A stretch of DNA of 64,000 bases. Origin: Syntrophales bacterium (GTDB lineage Bacteria > Desulfobacterota > Syntrophia > Syntrophales > UBA5619). Below, in pieces: positions 17,655 to 27,886 of this stretch. The position numbers were made by a program, and so were the translations under genes. The notes under the pieces are model-generated. The model was given only the letters and a program-made list of their open reading frames with translations, ran no database searches and was not told where the DNA came from. The stretch lies in assembly GCA_023229765.1 (NCBI GenBank), contig JALNYO010000001.1:66569-130568 (forward strand), written 5' to 3'. Position 1 is the stretch's first letter. Each line of letters begins with the position of its first letter.

Positions 17655-20600
17655 ATGGCGGAAATATACAAAGCAGGAATAGATGCCGGTTCTACAACGG
17701 TAAAGCTGGTCGTCTGCGCTCAAAACGGGAGCATCTTATTCTCCCGTTATCGCCGCCACCATTCGTTGACGCTGGGGACGATAGCGGAAATGCTGATTGA
17801 GGCAAGGCAGGAGCTGGGAAATATCGTCCTCGATGTTGTTCTTACCGGTTCCGCCGGGATGGGGGTTGCCGAGTCTTTTCAGCTTCCCTTTATACAGGAA
17901 GTTGTCGCCTCGACAAAAATTGTCCAGCGCCGCTGGCCGGATGTCCGAACGCTGATAGAGATAGGGGGCGAGGATTCGAAAATCGCCTTTTTTGACAATC
18001 GTTTTCAGCCGGACATCCGCATGAACGGAAACTGCGCGGGCGGAACGGGCGCCTTTATCGAGCAGATGGCTGTGCTGCTGAATGAGCCTCTGAACAAACT
18101 GGACGAACTGGCCCAAAAAAGCGGCGCACTCTATCCGATAGCTTCCCGCTGCGGGGTTTTTGCCAAGACCGATGTTCAGGCCCTCTTGAGCAATCGCGTT
18201 TCCCGGGAGGATATTGCCGCATCGGTGTTTCATGCGATGGCGATTCAGGTGATCTCCTCCCTTTCCCGGGGGCATGACATTGAAAGCAAAGTGCTTTTTG
18301 CCGGAGGACCGCTGACCTTCTTTCCTTCTCTGCGGGCGGCCTTTATCCGCCTGCTTCAGCTTGATCCCGAAAAGGATATCGCCGCGGGTGAACATCCGGA
18401 ACTGATGGCGGCAGTGGGGGCGGCTCTTTGCCATGCGGGAGAGGGTCTTGTGATCGAAATTGAAAAATGCCTTCAGCTTATCCAAAACGGGACAATGAAG
18501 GGGTGCAAGGAGGATCAGAAAAGGCTCCCGCCCCTTTTTTCCGATCAGCGGGAGGTGGAAATCTGGGAGGAGGAGCATCATCAAAAACGCGTTTGCCGGG
18601 TAGATGTTTCGGAGCTGAAAGGGGTTGCCTGTTTTCTGGGGATCGATTCCGGATCAACGACAACGAAGCTTGTCCTGATTGACGATAAAAGGCGGGTCGC
18701 CCTCACCTGGTATCAGTTGAATGGGGGCGATGCCATCGGCGCCGCCCGCCGGGGGCTCTTATTTTTCCGGGATGCCTGTCGCGAGGCGGGCGTTGCCCCT
18801 TTTGTCGCCAGGACCGCCGTTACCGGGTACGGAGAGGATTTGATCAGGGCGGCGTTTGCCATCGATGACGGCGTGGTGGAGACGGTTGCCCACTATCGCG
18901 CGGCCCGCCATTTTCTGCCCGAGGTCTCATTCATCCTTGACATCGGCGGTCAGGACATGAAGGCGATTTATGTGCGCGACGGGGGAATAGCCGATATTCA
19001 GATAAACGAGGCGTGCTCATCGGGCTGCGGTTCTTTCATAGAAACGCTCGCCAATTCCCTGAAGATCAGCGTCTCCGATTTTGCCGGAGTTGCCTGCAGG
19101 GCAGAGGCGCCCTTTGATCTGGGGACGCGCTGCACGGTTTTTATGAACTCGCGGGTAAAACAGGCCCTGCGCGAAGGAGCCACCGTTGGGGATATTTCCG
19201 CGGGACTCGCAAGTTCGGTGATCGGCAATACCCTCTACAAGGTTCTCAAGCTGCACGATCCCTCGGCGCTGGGCGATAAAATAGTCGTACAGGGAGGGAC
19301 ATTCCGCAATCCGGCGGTGCTGCGAGCGTTTGAGCTGGAGATCGGCCGGCAGGTGATCCGCCCGGATATCTCCGAGGCGATGGGGGCCTATGGCGCCGCC
19401 TTGACGGCCTTGCAGGACCGTCTTGCGGAACCGACGCGGGCTTCCACATTTCCGGGGCTGGACGCCGAGACACAGGAAAACATCATCGGGAAAAAGGAGT
19501 TACGGTGCAGCGGCTGCGAAAATAACTGCAAGGTTGCCCGGATAACTTTCAGCGGCGGGCGGAACTATTTTACCGGCAATCGCTGCGAACGCCACTTCAG
19601 CAACAAGGGCGCCGGGGGAAGGCAGGGAGAGAATCTCTTTATCGACCGCCTGAAGCTGATTTTCGACCAGCCCCTCCTGCCGGAACAGAAGCCGCTTCTG
19701 ACCTTTGGCATTCCCCGCGCCTTGAACATGTTTGAAAACTTCCCCTTCTGGGCTAATTTCCTGACCGCCTGCGGCTTTAAGGTTGTCCTTTCCGCCCCGT
19801 CCGATACGAAGCTGTTTGAACGGGGGATACGAACGGTCATGTCCGACAATATCTGTTTTCCGGGGAAGCTTGCCAATGGGCATATCCTCGATCTGATAGA
19901 AAAAAAGGTTGAGCGAATTTTCTACCCGATCGTTGTCTTCGAGGCGAAGGAGGATGCGGACACGCTGAACAGTTTTAATTGTCCCGTTGTTACCGGATAT
20001 CCGGATGTTATCCGCAGCGCGATCGACCCGGAGGGGCGATATGGACTCCCGCTCGACTGTCCTGTGGTCAGTTTCAGGTCGCGGGAGCTTCTCGAAAAGC
20101 AGCTTTACTCGTTTTTCAAGGGTTACGGGATCGCCAGAAAAACAATCTCCGCGGCGGTAACGAAGGGCAGAGAGGCGCAGCAACGGGTGCGGGAGGAAAT
20201 GTCCCGGCGGGCGGTCGCCTTGATCGAGAAGGCCCGCGCGGAAAAGCGTTTTGCCGTGGTCGTTGCCGGCCGACCCTACCATGCCGATCCGCTGGTAAAC
20301 CACGGCCTTCCCGAAATGCTCGCGGGGATGGGGGTGGATGTTATCCCCGAGAGTGCGGTTCCAGTTACTAAAGACGGTCATATACTTAAGGATATTAGCG
20401 TCTTGAGCCAGTGGGAATACACCAATCGTATCCTTGCCGTCTCCCGGTTTGTCGCCGCCAATCCCCATCTCGAACTGCTTCAGATCACCTCGTTCGGCTG
20501 CGGCCTTGATGCTATTTCCACCGACGAGGCGAGGGATATCATTACTGAAAAGGGGAAGGTTTATACGCTTATCAAAATGGACGAGATCTCTAATCTCGGG

Positions 20601-21944
20601 GCGGTAAGGATTCGTCTGCGCTCCATGCTCGATATAGCCAAAGAGAGGTCGCAAAGCTCAACGCCGCATGCATTGCCGCCCCTTTCCGCCGAGCGGGTTG
20701 AAGGAAAGGAAGCGGAAAGGACGATTATTGTCCCCTGGTTTTCTCCCTTTTATTCGCCGGCAATTCCGGCTATCTTTGCCTCGCTGGGCTATAAGGTGGA
20801 GCTTCTCGCCCCCCAGGAGCGTTCCTCGGTGGATGTAGGGCTCCGGTATGTCAACAACGACGTCTGCTACCCGGCGCTGATCGTTATCGGGGATATTGTC
20901 AAGGCCCTGCAATCAGGCAAATGGGACCCCACGAAAACTACCATATTGCTTACCCAGACCTTTGGGCAGTGCCGAGCGTCAAGCTATGTGCCGCTTGCCC
21001 GGAAGGCCCTTATCGCGGCAGGTTTTGGCGAGGTGCCGGTTATTTCCCTTTCCGAGAGCGATGCGCTTATTCATGCGGGCATCCCGATCGATCAGAAAAG
21101 ACTGGTAAAACGACTGGCGCTGGGGCTGATGTTTGCCGATCCCCTGTCGAAAATGGCCCTGGCAACAGCGCCGCGCGAGCTCCATCCCGGCTCGGCCATG
21201 GTCCTTCAAAAGAAGTATCTTGACGAGTTGGGCATCCTTGTAAGCCGGGAAGACTTCGGACTTCTCCTCGCCATGCTGAAGGCGGCCATCCGCGATTTCA
21301 ATATGATTCCGGTTCATGATGATCCGATTCCCGTAATTGGGCTGCTCGGAGAGATATTCGTCAAACACAATGAATTTTCCAATAACAACATCGTGGACTG
21401 GTTCAGAACAAAGGGGGTCGAGGTGGTCGTCCCCCCGCTGCTGAGTTTTTTCGAGCAGCGTTTCGTAAACGAGGAGTTCGATCAGCAGGCTTTTATGAAA
21501 AGCTCTCTTCGGGACCGAGTCGTTCTGGGTCTGCTGGGTAGGTATATAAGCGTTTACCTTCACCGCGTGGAGCGGGCCATGAAAGGATTCCGTTATTACC
21601 GGAGAACTTATGACCTCAAGGAACTGGCGGCTGATGCGGGCAAGGTGACAAGCCTTGCCAACCAGGCCGGCGAGGGGTGGCTGCTGCCGGCTGAGATCAT
21701 CGCGATGGTGCGGCAGGGGATTGATCATATCGTCTGCCTGCAGCCGTTCGGCTGCCTGGCCAATCACATCATCGGCAAGGGAGTGGAAAAAAGGCTGAAG
21801 AAGCTGTATCCGCAGCTCAATCTGCTGTATATCGACATGGACCCGGGGACAACCGAGGTGAATATTCTGAATCGCCTCCACCTGATGGTGATGTCCGTTC
21901 AGGCGGAAATGAAGTGGCCGCGGCTCAAGGCCGAGGGGGAATAA
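17655..21944 (+). CDS. Giant fusion protein: two BcrAD/BadFG-type (2-hydroxyacyl-CoA dehydratase activator-like) ATPase domains plus two DUF2229/dehydratase-like domains
   Basis: GIDAGSTTVKLVV (aa ~9) and GIDSGSTTTKLVLI (aa ~330) are acetate/sugar-kinase fold phosphate-1 motifs. They are followed by the Cys motif CSGCENNCKVARITFSGGRNYFTGNRCERH and about 800 aa of CoA-enzyme-activase-associated region. Confidence 0.8.
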   Translation: MAEIYKAGIDAGSTTVKLVVCAQNGSILFSRYRRHHSLTLGTIAEMLIEARQELGNIVLDVVLTGSAGMGVAESFQLPFIQEVVASTKIVQRRWPDVRTLIEIGGEDSKIAFFDNRFQPDIRMNGNCAGGTGAFIEQMAVLLNEPLNKLDELAQKSGALYPIASRCGVFAKTDVQALLSNRVSREDIAASVFHAMAIQVISSLSRGHDIESKVLFAGGPLTFFPSLRAAFIRLLQLDPEKDIAAGEHPELMAAVGAALCHAGEGLVIEIEKCLQLIQNGTMKGCKEDQKRLPPLFSDQREVEIWEEEHHQKRVCRVDVSELKGVACFLGIDSGSTTTKLVLIDDKRRVALTWYQLNGGDAIGAARRGLLFFRDACREAGVAPFVARTAVTGYGEDLIRAAFAIDDGVVETVAHYRAARHFLPEVSFILDIGGQDMKAIYVRDGGIADIQINEACSSGCGSFIETLANSLKISVSDFAGVACRAEAPFDLGTRCTVFMNSRVKQALREGATVGDISAGLASSVIGNTLYKVLKLHDPSALGDKIVVQGGTFRNPAVLRAFELEIGRQVIRPDISEAMGAYGAALTALQDRLAEPTRASTFPGLDAETQENIIGKKELRCSGCENNCKVARITFSGGRNYFTGNRCERHFSNKGAGGRQGENLFIDRLKLIFDQPLLPEQKPLLTFGIPRALNMFENFPFWANFLTACGFKVVLSAPSDTKLFERGIRTVMSDNICFPGKLANGHILDLIEKKVERIFYPIVVFEAKEDADTLNSFNCPVVTGYPDVIRSAIDPEGRYGLPLDCPVVSFRSRELLEKQLYSFFKGYGIARKTISAAVTKGREAQQRVREEMSRRAVALIEKARAEKRFAVVVAGRPYHADPLVNHGLPEMLAGMGVDVIPESAVPVTKDGHILKDISVLSQWEYTNRILAVSRFVAANPHLELLQITSFGCGLDAISTDEARDIITEKGKVYTLIKMDEISNLGAVRIRLRSMLDIAKERSQSSTPHALPPLSAERVEGKEAERTIIVPWFSPFYSPAIPAIFASLGYKVELLAPQERSSVDVGLRYVNNDVCYPALIVIGDIVKALQSGKWDPTKTTILLTQTFGQCRASSYVPLARKALIAAGFGEVPVISLSESDALIHAGIPIDQKRLVKRLALGLMFADPLSKMALATAPRELHPGSAMVLQKKYLDELGILVSREDFGLLLAMLKAAIRDFNMIPVHDDPIPVIGLLGEIFVKHNEFSNNNIVDWFRTKGVEVVVPPLLSFFEQRFVNEEFDQQAFMKSSLRDRVVLGLLGRYISVYLHRVERAMKGFRYYRRTYDLKELAADAGKVTSLANQAGEGWLLPAEIIAMVRQGIDHIVCLQPFGCLANHIIGKGVEKRLKKLYPQLNLLYIDMDPGTTEVNILNRLHLMVMSVQAEMKWPRLKAEGE

Positions 21945-22016
21945 TTGACGGCAGAAATTATTACTTTCGCTGTTTGCCATGATGTTTATTGATCGCACGA
22001 TTCTTTTCTGGATAAT

Positions 22017-22952
22017 ATGACAAAAAAAATCGGCATAGCCCTGGGAAGCGGTTCCGCCCGGGGGTGGTCGCATATCGGCGTATTGCAGAGCATCGTCGAA
22101 GCGGGAATTGCGGTCGATTTTGTCTGTGGTACGTCGGTCGGCGCCCTTGTTGCCGGTTCGTTTGCCGCCGGCTTTCTCGAACCTCTCGACCGCTGGGCAA
22201 GGCGGCTTTCGTGGTCGCATATTGTTGGTTTCATGGACATGAAGATTCCCCGTTCGGGGCTGATCGAGGGAGAAAAAATATCCGGATATTTACGTGAAAT
22301 GATTACCGATCCCCTGATCGAGAATCTTCCTGTACCCTTTGCCGCAGTGGCGACCGATCTGAAAACCGGCAGGGAGGTGTGGCTCCGGGAAGGATCTTTG
22401 ATAGAGGTTGTCCGGGCCAGCATCTCGCTTCCGGGAATTTTTACCCCCTGCGGGCGCAACGGACAGTGGCTTGTTGACGGCGGATTGGTGAATCCGGTCC
22501 CGACTTCGCTTTGCCGGGCGATGGGGGCCGATATTGTCGTAGCCGTTGATCTTAATTCCGATATCATGGGGAAAAAGAGGATACAGCGGATGGCTGCTCC
22601 CCCGGAAGGAGAAGGAAAGGGTGTTTCTCTTTCCGAACAGGGGCGGTGGGCCGATTTTCTCAAACAGGTGCAACTGAACGGCAAGTTAAAGCTTTTCGGG
22701 CAGATGTTTCAGGAGCAGCCGGACCGGAGCCCGACGCTCTTCGACGTCTTGGCCACATCCGTTAATATCATGCAGGACAAGATAAATCAGCAGCGGCTCC
22801 TTGAGGATCCGCCGGACCTCGTCATCCGTCCCAAACTTTCCGACATCGGCCTGATGGAGTTCAATCGCGCTGCCGAGGCGATTGATGAAGGCAAAAGGGA
22901 GATGGACATGAATATTCCGGCTCTTCGTGAGCTGATGGTAAATGCTGAGTGA
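22017..22952 (+). CDS. Patatin-like phospholipase (RssA/NTE family)
   Basis: GIALGSGSARG (oxyanion), GTSVG (GxSxG nucleophile) and DGGLVNPVP (catalytic Asp). Confidence 0.88.
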   Translation: MTKKIGIALGSGSARGWSHIGVLQSIVEAGIAVDFVCGTSVGALVAGSFAAGFLEPLDRWARRLSWSHIVGFMDMKIPRSGLIEGEKISGYLREMITDPLIENLPVPFAAVATDLKTGREVWLREGSLIEVVRASISLPGIFTPCGRNGQWLVDGGLVNPVPTSLCRAMGADIVVAVDLNSDIMGKKRIQRMAAPPEGEGKGVSLSEQGRWADFLKQVQLNGKLKLFGQMFQEQPDRSPTLFDVLATSVNIMQDKINQQRLLEDPPDLVIRPKLSDIGLMEFNRAAEAIDEGKREMDMNIPALRELMVNAE

Positions 22953-23013
22953 CGGGAAGTTTTAAAAAACTGGACATCAACGGGGAAAAAACGGGGCGAA
23001 AATGCTCCGACGG

Positions 23014-23757
23014 TCAAATCGTTATCTCCAGTCCGTCCGTTGCGGCGATTGTTTGCGGAAATATTGCGGCGGCGGTTCGCCTTGCATCGTCTCGTTCTTC
23101 AAGGGTCTGATACAAAAAAGCGTCGAAGTGGGTGAGGGCGAGGCGTTTCGCCTTGGCCTCGGCGGCGATTCGGGCCGCCGTCTCCGGGTTCAGGTGCGGC
23201 CAGGCCTCATTCGCCTGTCCCCTTTTAAAGGCGCATTCGGTGATCAGCATATCGGCGTCAGTCCCTATCCGGACCGCATTTTCGCAATAACCGGTGTCGG
23301 AGCAATGGCCGATTGTTACCCCCTCAACTTCCAATCGGTAGCCAAGCGTCAGGGATGCGTGCCGGAGCGGCAGCGCCTGGACAAAGAAGGGAAGGGAGGA
23401 TGACTCTTCCGGCATTTCCAATATGTCCGAGGGATAGGGCAGTTGCGCAAGCGGCATGGTGAAAGGGGCATTGAGCAGGGTGTCGAGAATCCGGTTTGTG
23501 TTTTTTGGCCCGCAGATGGTGAGTTTTTCCCGGAAATTAAATTTCCCCAGGATGTGCAGCCCCGCCAGATGATCGAGGTGAAAGTGGCTTATGAAGATAA
23601 AAACAGGTTTTCTGCCGCTGATGTAGCGGTCAACTCGCTGAATGCCGTTCCCGGCGTCGAAGATGATATCAAAGTTTTTGGTCTGGACAAGGGTTGAAAG
23701 TGTGTTCCCCGTCTTTGTATCGTACCAGCCGTTTGTCCCTAAAAAGACGATCTTCAT
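23014..23757 (-). CDS. MBL-fold metallo-hydrolase (RNase Z-like short form)
   Basis: MKIVFLGTNG...ISHFHLDHLAGL...HCSDTG...LTHF. ATG 23757 lies 6 nt after GGAGA. The ORF is open to 23772. Confidence 0.8.
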   Translation of the reverse strand: MKIVFLGTNGWYDTKTGNTLSTLVQTKNFDIIFDAGNGIQRVDRYISGRKPVFIFISHFHLDHLAGLHILGKFNFREKLTICGPKNTNRILDTLLNAPFTMPLAQLPYPSDILEMPEESSSLPFFVQALPLRHASLTLGYRLEVEGVTIGHCSDTGYCENAVRIGTDADMLITECAFKRGQANEAWPHLNPETAARIAAEAKAKRLALTHFDAFLYQTLEERDDARRTAAAIFPQTIAATDGLEITI

Positions 23758-23956
23758 TTTCATTCTCCGCATCTTTGTCTATGAGCGCCGGGGGAAGTCC
23801 GCCATTAAATTGATCTGCCGGCAACGATAATTTATCCTGCCGGCGAATGAACGGACGAAGGAGCGAACTGCTTTCTCTGGCGGCGGGTGGGACATAGCAC
23901 AATTTAGGGAAGGATGTCTATTTCAACGCAAAAATTATAACCGCCAGATCATATAT

Positions 23957-23985
23957 TTTAACAGACGTTAAATAAATATTGACAG
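23957..23985 (+). promoter_or_regulatory. Operator/promoter module A: palindrome TTTAAC-N4-GTTAAA fused to TAAATATTGACAG (-35 TTGACA)
   Basis: The 19 nt GTTAAATAAATATTGACAG is identical to 27868-27886. TTGACA-N15-GATACA follows, with the same spacing as module B. It lies upstream of the DJ-1/MBL operon. Confidence 0.55.
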
Positions 23986-24105
23986 GGGATAGCGGGTAGG
24001 ATACAAAAAATCAAACAGTCGTAAAATAGCCCTCTCCAAGTTATCAGTCTTAGTTACAAGCTTGTTTAGACGGCATTATAAAATGAATGAAGGGAAAGGC
24101 AGCCT

Positions 24106-24939
24106 ATGAAAAAAATATTGGTTATAATCTTGATAGTATTGGTCGTTTTGGGACTGAGCATATGGCTATTTCTGCCCGCAGGGTTGCGCGCCCTGGGACT
24201 GCATCCGGATTACCTCGGTGAAAAATACCAACTTCCCGGCGGCAGGGCCCTGATCATCACAACCAGTCAAGATCAGCTTGGACCAAACGGGGCGAAAACC
24301 GGCGTCTTCGGGTCGGAGATGACTGTTCCTTATTATGAGTTCACTGAAGGCGGGATGAAGGTTGAAATAGCCAGTGTCAAGGGGGGGGAAATCCCCATTG
24401 ATCCCCTGTCTTTTAAATGGCCTATCAAAACAGCCGCTGATGCCCGCTTCCTGAATGATCCAGAGTTTCAGCGGAGGGTCAAACAGTCCCTTCCGCTCGC
24501 CACAGTTGATTTCACCGGTTACGATATCATCTATCTTGCCGGCGGGTGGGGAGCGGCTTATGACCTGGGCGCTTCCGCAGCGCTGGGCCGAAAAATCAGC
24601 CAGGCCTATTCAGCCGGCAAGGTTATAGGAGGGGTTTGTCACGGTCCGCTTGGTCTGCTTTTGGCGACGGATCAAAACAATTTTCCCCTGGTAAAGGGAC
24701 GTCATCTTACCGGAGTGACGGACAAGCAGGTCAGGGAACTGGGGATTACCATGACGCCCCAGCATCCGGAGCGGGAACTGCGGGCGGCCGGAGCGCTCTT
24801 TGAGGGCCGGACGGCCTTCCGGGATATGTTTGCCAATCACTCGGTGGTGGACGGCCAACTGGTAACCGGTCAAAACCAGAATGCCAGCGCGGAAGTGGCC
24901 AATAAAATGATGATGACCGCCAAAGGAAAAATTCGATGA
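24106..24939 (+). CDS. DJ-1/PfpI (type 1 glutamine amidotransferase-like) protein with an N-terminal membrane anchor or signal
   Basis: N-terminal MKKILVIILIVLVVLGLSIWLF and a nucleophile-elbow GGVCHGPLGLL. Confidence 0.75.
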   Translation: MKKILVIILIVLVVLGLSIWLFLPAGLRALGLHPDYLGEKYQLPGGRALIITTSQDQLGPNGAKTGVFGSEMTVPYYEFTEGGMKVEIASVKGGEIPIDPLSFKWPIKTAADARFLNDPEFQRRVKQSLPLATVDFTGYDIIYLAGGWGAAYDLGASAALGRKISQAYSAGKVIGGVCHGPLGLLLATDQNNFPLVKGRHLTGVTDKQVRELGITMTPQHPERELRAAGALFEGRTAFRDMFANHSVVDGQLVTGQNQNASAEVANKMMMTAKGKIR

Positions 24940-26480
24940 ACGAACCACTACCCATCTCTTCAGGAGAAAAAGTTTCTCGCTTTATCATCGGTCTGATCGG
25001 ACTGTTCTTTTTGTTTCTCGGCATCGGGTTTTATACGTTTCCGGAGCTGCTGGCCGCGGCATTTTTTATTCAGCCGCTTTCCCTGCAGGGATTAAACTCG
25101 CTAAGAGGAGATTTCGGCGGTGTTTTTCTGGGAATGAGTTTTTTTTGTTTTTTTGGGGCTGCAACCGGCCGACGCCGCTGGCTTGTTGTTACGATCATTT
25201 TTCTGCTGCTGATAGTTTCCGGACGTCTGCTCAGTTTCGCTCTGGACGGCTTTTCGGCAGCAGGGCTTCAGTCGGTGATAATTGAGATCGTTTTGCTGAT
25301 TGTTTTGACGGCCTCGACCGTCATGATTCCCCCCAAAAATGAATCTGATAAAAGCCATCAGGAAGAGATAAAACTTCGCAACAGCAGATACACCCGACGT
25401 CAGACCCTTAAAATAATTGAAGTTTCCCTGGCAGCTCTCATTGCCGCGATCGTAACCGGCCTGATTTTCTCCCGGAGAAAGATCGGATTGTCCCTGGTAA
25501 ACGAGATTGCCGCCAAATTTATCACCAAAGATCCCCTGCGCGACCTGCCTGACGGTCTTCATGTCATTCTTTGCGGATCCGGATCCCCAATGCCCGATGC
25601 AAGACGGGCATCAGCCGGCACGGCCGTTATCGCCGGGAAAAATCTTTACGTGGTCGATGCCGGCCCGGGCAGTGAGAGAAAACTGGAGCTCATGAGAATA
25701 AATCCCGGGGGAGTCAAGGCCGTTTTACTTACCCATTTTCATTCCGATCACATCGGCGACCTGGGAGAACTGATGCTGAAGAGATGGTCATCCGGTTCAG
25801 CGAAAAATCCTCTTGATGTGTTCGGTCCGACCGGCGTCGAGACAGTGGTTAATGGGTTCAATCTGGCCTACGCGCTGGACTCCGGATACCGGATCGCCCA
25901 TCACGGTGCGGCAATCTGTCCGCCCGCTGGCGCCGGAGGCACGGCCAGAACATTTAATTTCCCGGCGGGGAAAAATGAAACCGTCATTATTGAAGAAAAC
26001 GGCGTCAGGATAACCGCCTTCGCGGTTGATCATCGTCCGGTAACGCCGGCAGTCGGCTATCGTTTTGATTACAAGGGCCGCTCCGTCGTGATCAGCGGCG
26101 ATACGGTTCCGTGTCAATCGCTTCTCAACCAGGCCAGGGGGGTTGACGTGCTGGTGCATGAGGCCCTCCAGCCGGCCATAAACAATATCCTGAGGGACGT
26201 GAACAGAAAATTCGGCAGGTTCAACCTGGCAAAAATAATGAGTGATATAAATGGCTACCACACATCGACAGAGGATGCGGCCAAAATCGCCGGAGAGGCG
26301 GGAGTTAAACATCTGCTTTTGACCCACATCCTGCCGCCTCTTCCTGTTTCCGATCTGGAGGAGGCGTTTCTGGGTGACGCCGAAAAATTTTATAAAGGCC
26401 CGATTACCATCGGTGAGGACGGCATTTCTTTGAGCCTGCCTGCCGGAACCAAGGATATTATCAAACGGGCGCTCTTGTAA
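24936..26480 (+). CDS. Membrane-anchored MBL-fold metallo-hydrolase
   Basis: The N-terminal ~190 aa hold 4-5 TM helices. They are followed by LCGSGSPMPD...DAGPGS...LLTHFHSDHIGDLGEL...HEA...LTH. The start overlaps the upstream stop (ATGA). Confidence 0.78.
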   Translation: MNEPLPISSGEKVSRFIIGLIGLFFLFLGIGFYTFPELLAAAFFIQPLSLQGLNSLRGDFGGVFLGMSFFCFFGAATGRRRWLVVTIIFLLLIVSGRLLSFALDGFSAAGLQSVIIEIVLLIVLTASTVMIPPKNESDKSHQEEIKLRNSRYTRRQTLKIIEVSLAALIAAIVTGLIFSRRKIGLSLVNEIAAKFITKDPLRDLPDGLHVILCGSGSPMPDARRASAGTAVIAGKNLYVVDAGPGSERKLELMRINPGGVKAVLLTHFHSDHIGDLGELMLKRWSSGSAKNPLDVFGPTGVETVVNGFNLAYALDSGYRIAHHGAAICPPAGAGGTARTFNFPAGKNETVIIEENGVRITAFAVDHRPVTPAVGYRFDYKGRSVVISGDTVPCQSLLNQARGVDVLVHEALQPAINNILRDVNRKFGRFNLAKIMSDINGYHTSTEDAAKIAGEAGVKHLLLTHILPPLPVSDLEEAFLGDAEKFYKGPITIGEDGISLSLPAGTKDIIKRALL

Positions 26481-26539
26481 GCATTGTCCATTTTTGCCCT
26501 TCGTTGCGTCCGATACGGGCATGGTGGTTAATTGGCCCA

Positions 26540-26966
26540 GTAGGTATATTCCCCTTTCCCGCTTTTCGGAAGGCCCAGGGGCGCATCGATGTAGATGCGT
26601 CCTTCTATTATAATTTGCGCCGCCATTGTCGCTTGTGAACATCACGATGGTGTTTCCGTTGAGTCCTTGCGCCGTTAATTCCGCAAGCACCCTGCCGATT
26701 CCCCGGTCGAGGGACTTGAGCATCGCGGCATAGACCAGTAAACGATGATCCCTGATGTCCGCAAGCGAGTAGTAATCAGCTTTCAAGGCCTGAAGCGGCG
26801 TGTGCGGAGTGTTATAGGCCGGGTACAGGAAAAACGGCCGCTCCTTGTTGGCCGCAATGACCTTGACTGCTTCGTTCGACAGATAGTCCGTCATATATTC
26901 GGGGGGGGGTGAAGCGCTTCGAGCCGTTGCGAGTAATTGCAAAGGGAAGATTGATGAACTCGTCAA
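26540..26966 (-). pseudogene. Sulfatase gene remnant (internal fragment only)
   Basis: PPEYMTDYLSNEAVKVIAANKERPFFLYPAYNTPHTPLQA...LDRGIGRVLAELTAQGLNGNTIVMFTSDNGG matches the middle of type I sulfatases. The N-terminal CxPxR/metal-site region is absent. After DNGG the frame decays and then runs antisense through the neighbouring MBL gene. Confidence 0.55.
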
Positions 26967-27081
26967 AAGTCAGAATTTTCCGGAAACAGCTTTCTAACAT
27001 ACTTATATTATTAAGTTCCAAATTTAAAAATTGGCAATTTTATGGTTTTTTACGAGGCCATTAAACTTCGTTTTGTGAACA

Positions 27082-27765
27082 TTAAGCTTCGCTTTCATCA
27101 TTTACTTGAGCGCCGCCGCGGATTAATTGTTTCAGGAGTGGCAAAAACAGGGCGGTCAGATTTTCTTTCACCCATTTTTTGTACTCGGGGCTGGAAGGGG
27201 CAACCCCGAGCACGCCGGCATGGAAGCTGCCGGCACCCAGGTAATTTATCGCCAGTACGTTAAAATTGTGGGCGAAGTTTTCGATATTCCGATCTGCGGC
27301 ACGTGCTGAAGATGTTTCTTTAAAGAGTGGAATCCATTGCACAAAGAATTCCTGTAGCACTCGGTAACAGGGAACAATTTGAGATTCCCCGACCTGAACC
27401 TGGTTGAGCAGAAGAATCCTCTGGGCCTCGGGGTGCGCCAGGTTAAATTCTATCAAACGGTCAATGTAAACGGACAGTCCCCGGTCCGCGCCCATTCCGG
27501 CGGTTTCCTTAAGCCACTTCGCATTTTCTTCGTAATATTCTTCAGAGATATCGACAAGAACCGCCTCAAAGAGCGCGGCCTTTGTCGAAAAATAGTACGC
27601 AATGAGCGGGTAATTAAGACCGGCGTCGTTGCCGATCATTCTTATGCTCGCCGTGTGGTAAGGATGCTCCGAGAATATCTTCCTTGCGGAACGAAGTACT
27701 CTCTCGACGGTATCATTTTTTTTCGTTTTGTCCGGCGTCTTATTGCCGGATTTGTCCTTTTTCAA
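27082..27765 (-). CDS. TetR/AcrR family transcriptional regulator
   Basis: N-terminal HTH: RVLRSARKIFSEHPYHTASIRMIGNDAGLNYPLIAYYFSTKAALFEAVL. Confidence 0.88.
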   Translation of the reverse strand: MKKDKSGNKTPDKTKKNDTVERVLRSARKIFSEHPYHTASIRMIGNDAGLNYPLIAYYFSTKAALFEAVLVDISEEYYEENAKWLKETAGMGADRGLSVYIDRLIEFNLAHPEAQRILLLNQVQVGESQIVPCYRVLQEFFVQWIPLFKETSSARAADRNIENFAHNFNVLAINYLGAGSFHAGVLGVAPSSPEYKKWVKENLTALFLPLLKQLIRGGAQVNDESEA

Positions 27766-27857
27766 TGAATTTCTCCTGTTCTGATGGGCATTCGCAATTA
27801 TTTATGGCTTTTCGAAAGGCTATGTTTATCAATTAAAATAAACGCATGTCAAGTAAA

Positions 27858-27886
27858 TTTAACGATTGTTAAATAAATATTGACAG
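27858..27886 (+). promoter_or_regulatory. Operator/promoter module B: TTTAAC-N4-GTTAAA plus TAAATATTGACAG
   Basis: It has the same architecture as 23957-23985. It lies in the divergent tetR / dehalogenase intergenic region and is followed by TTGACA-N15-GATAGG. Confidence 0.55.

Noticed and set aside
19500-22220. 384-aa and 413-aa minus-strand ORFs (19500..20654, 20979..22220), plus 17736..18584
   Set aside because: All lie antisense within or across the 1429-aa activase-fusion gene, or its junction with the patatin gene. None has a motif or an RBS.
25797-26480. Lower half of the 389-aa ORF 25797..26966
   Set aside because: Only the upper part (26610-26966) resembles a sulfatase. The remainder runs antisense through the well-supported MBL hydrolase gene, so the long ORF is a remnant plus a fortuitous open frame.
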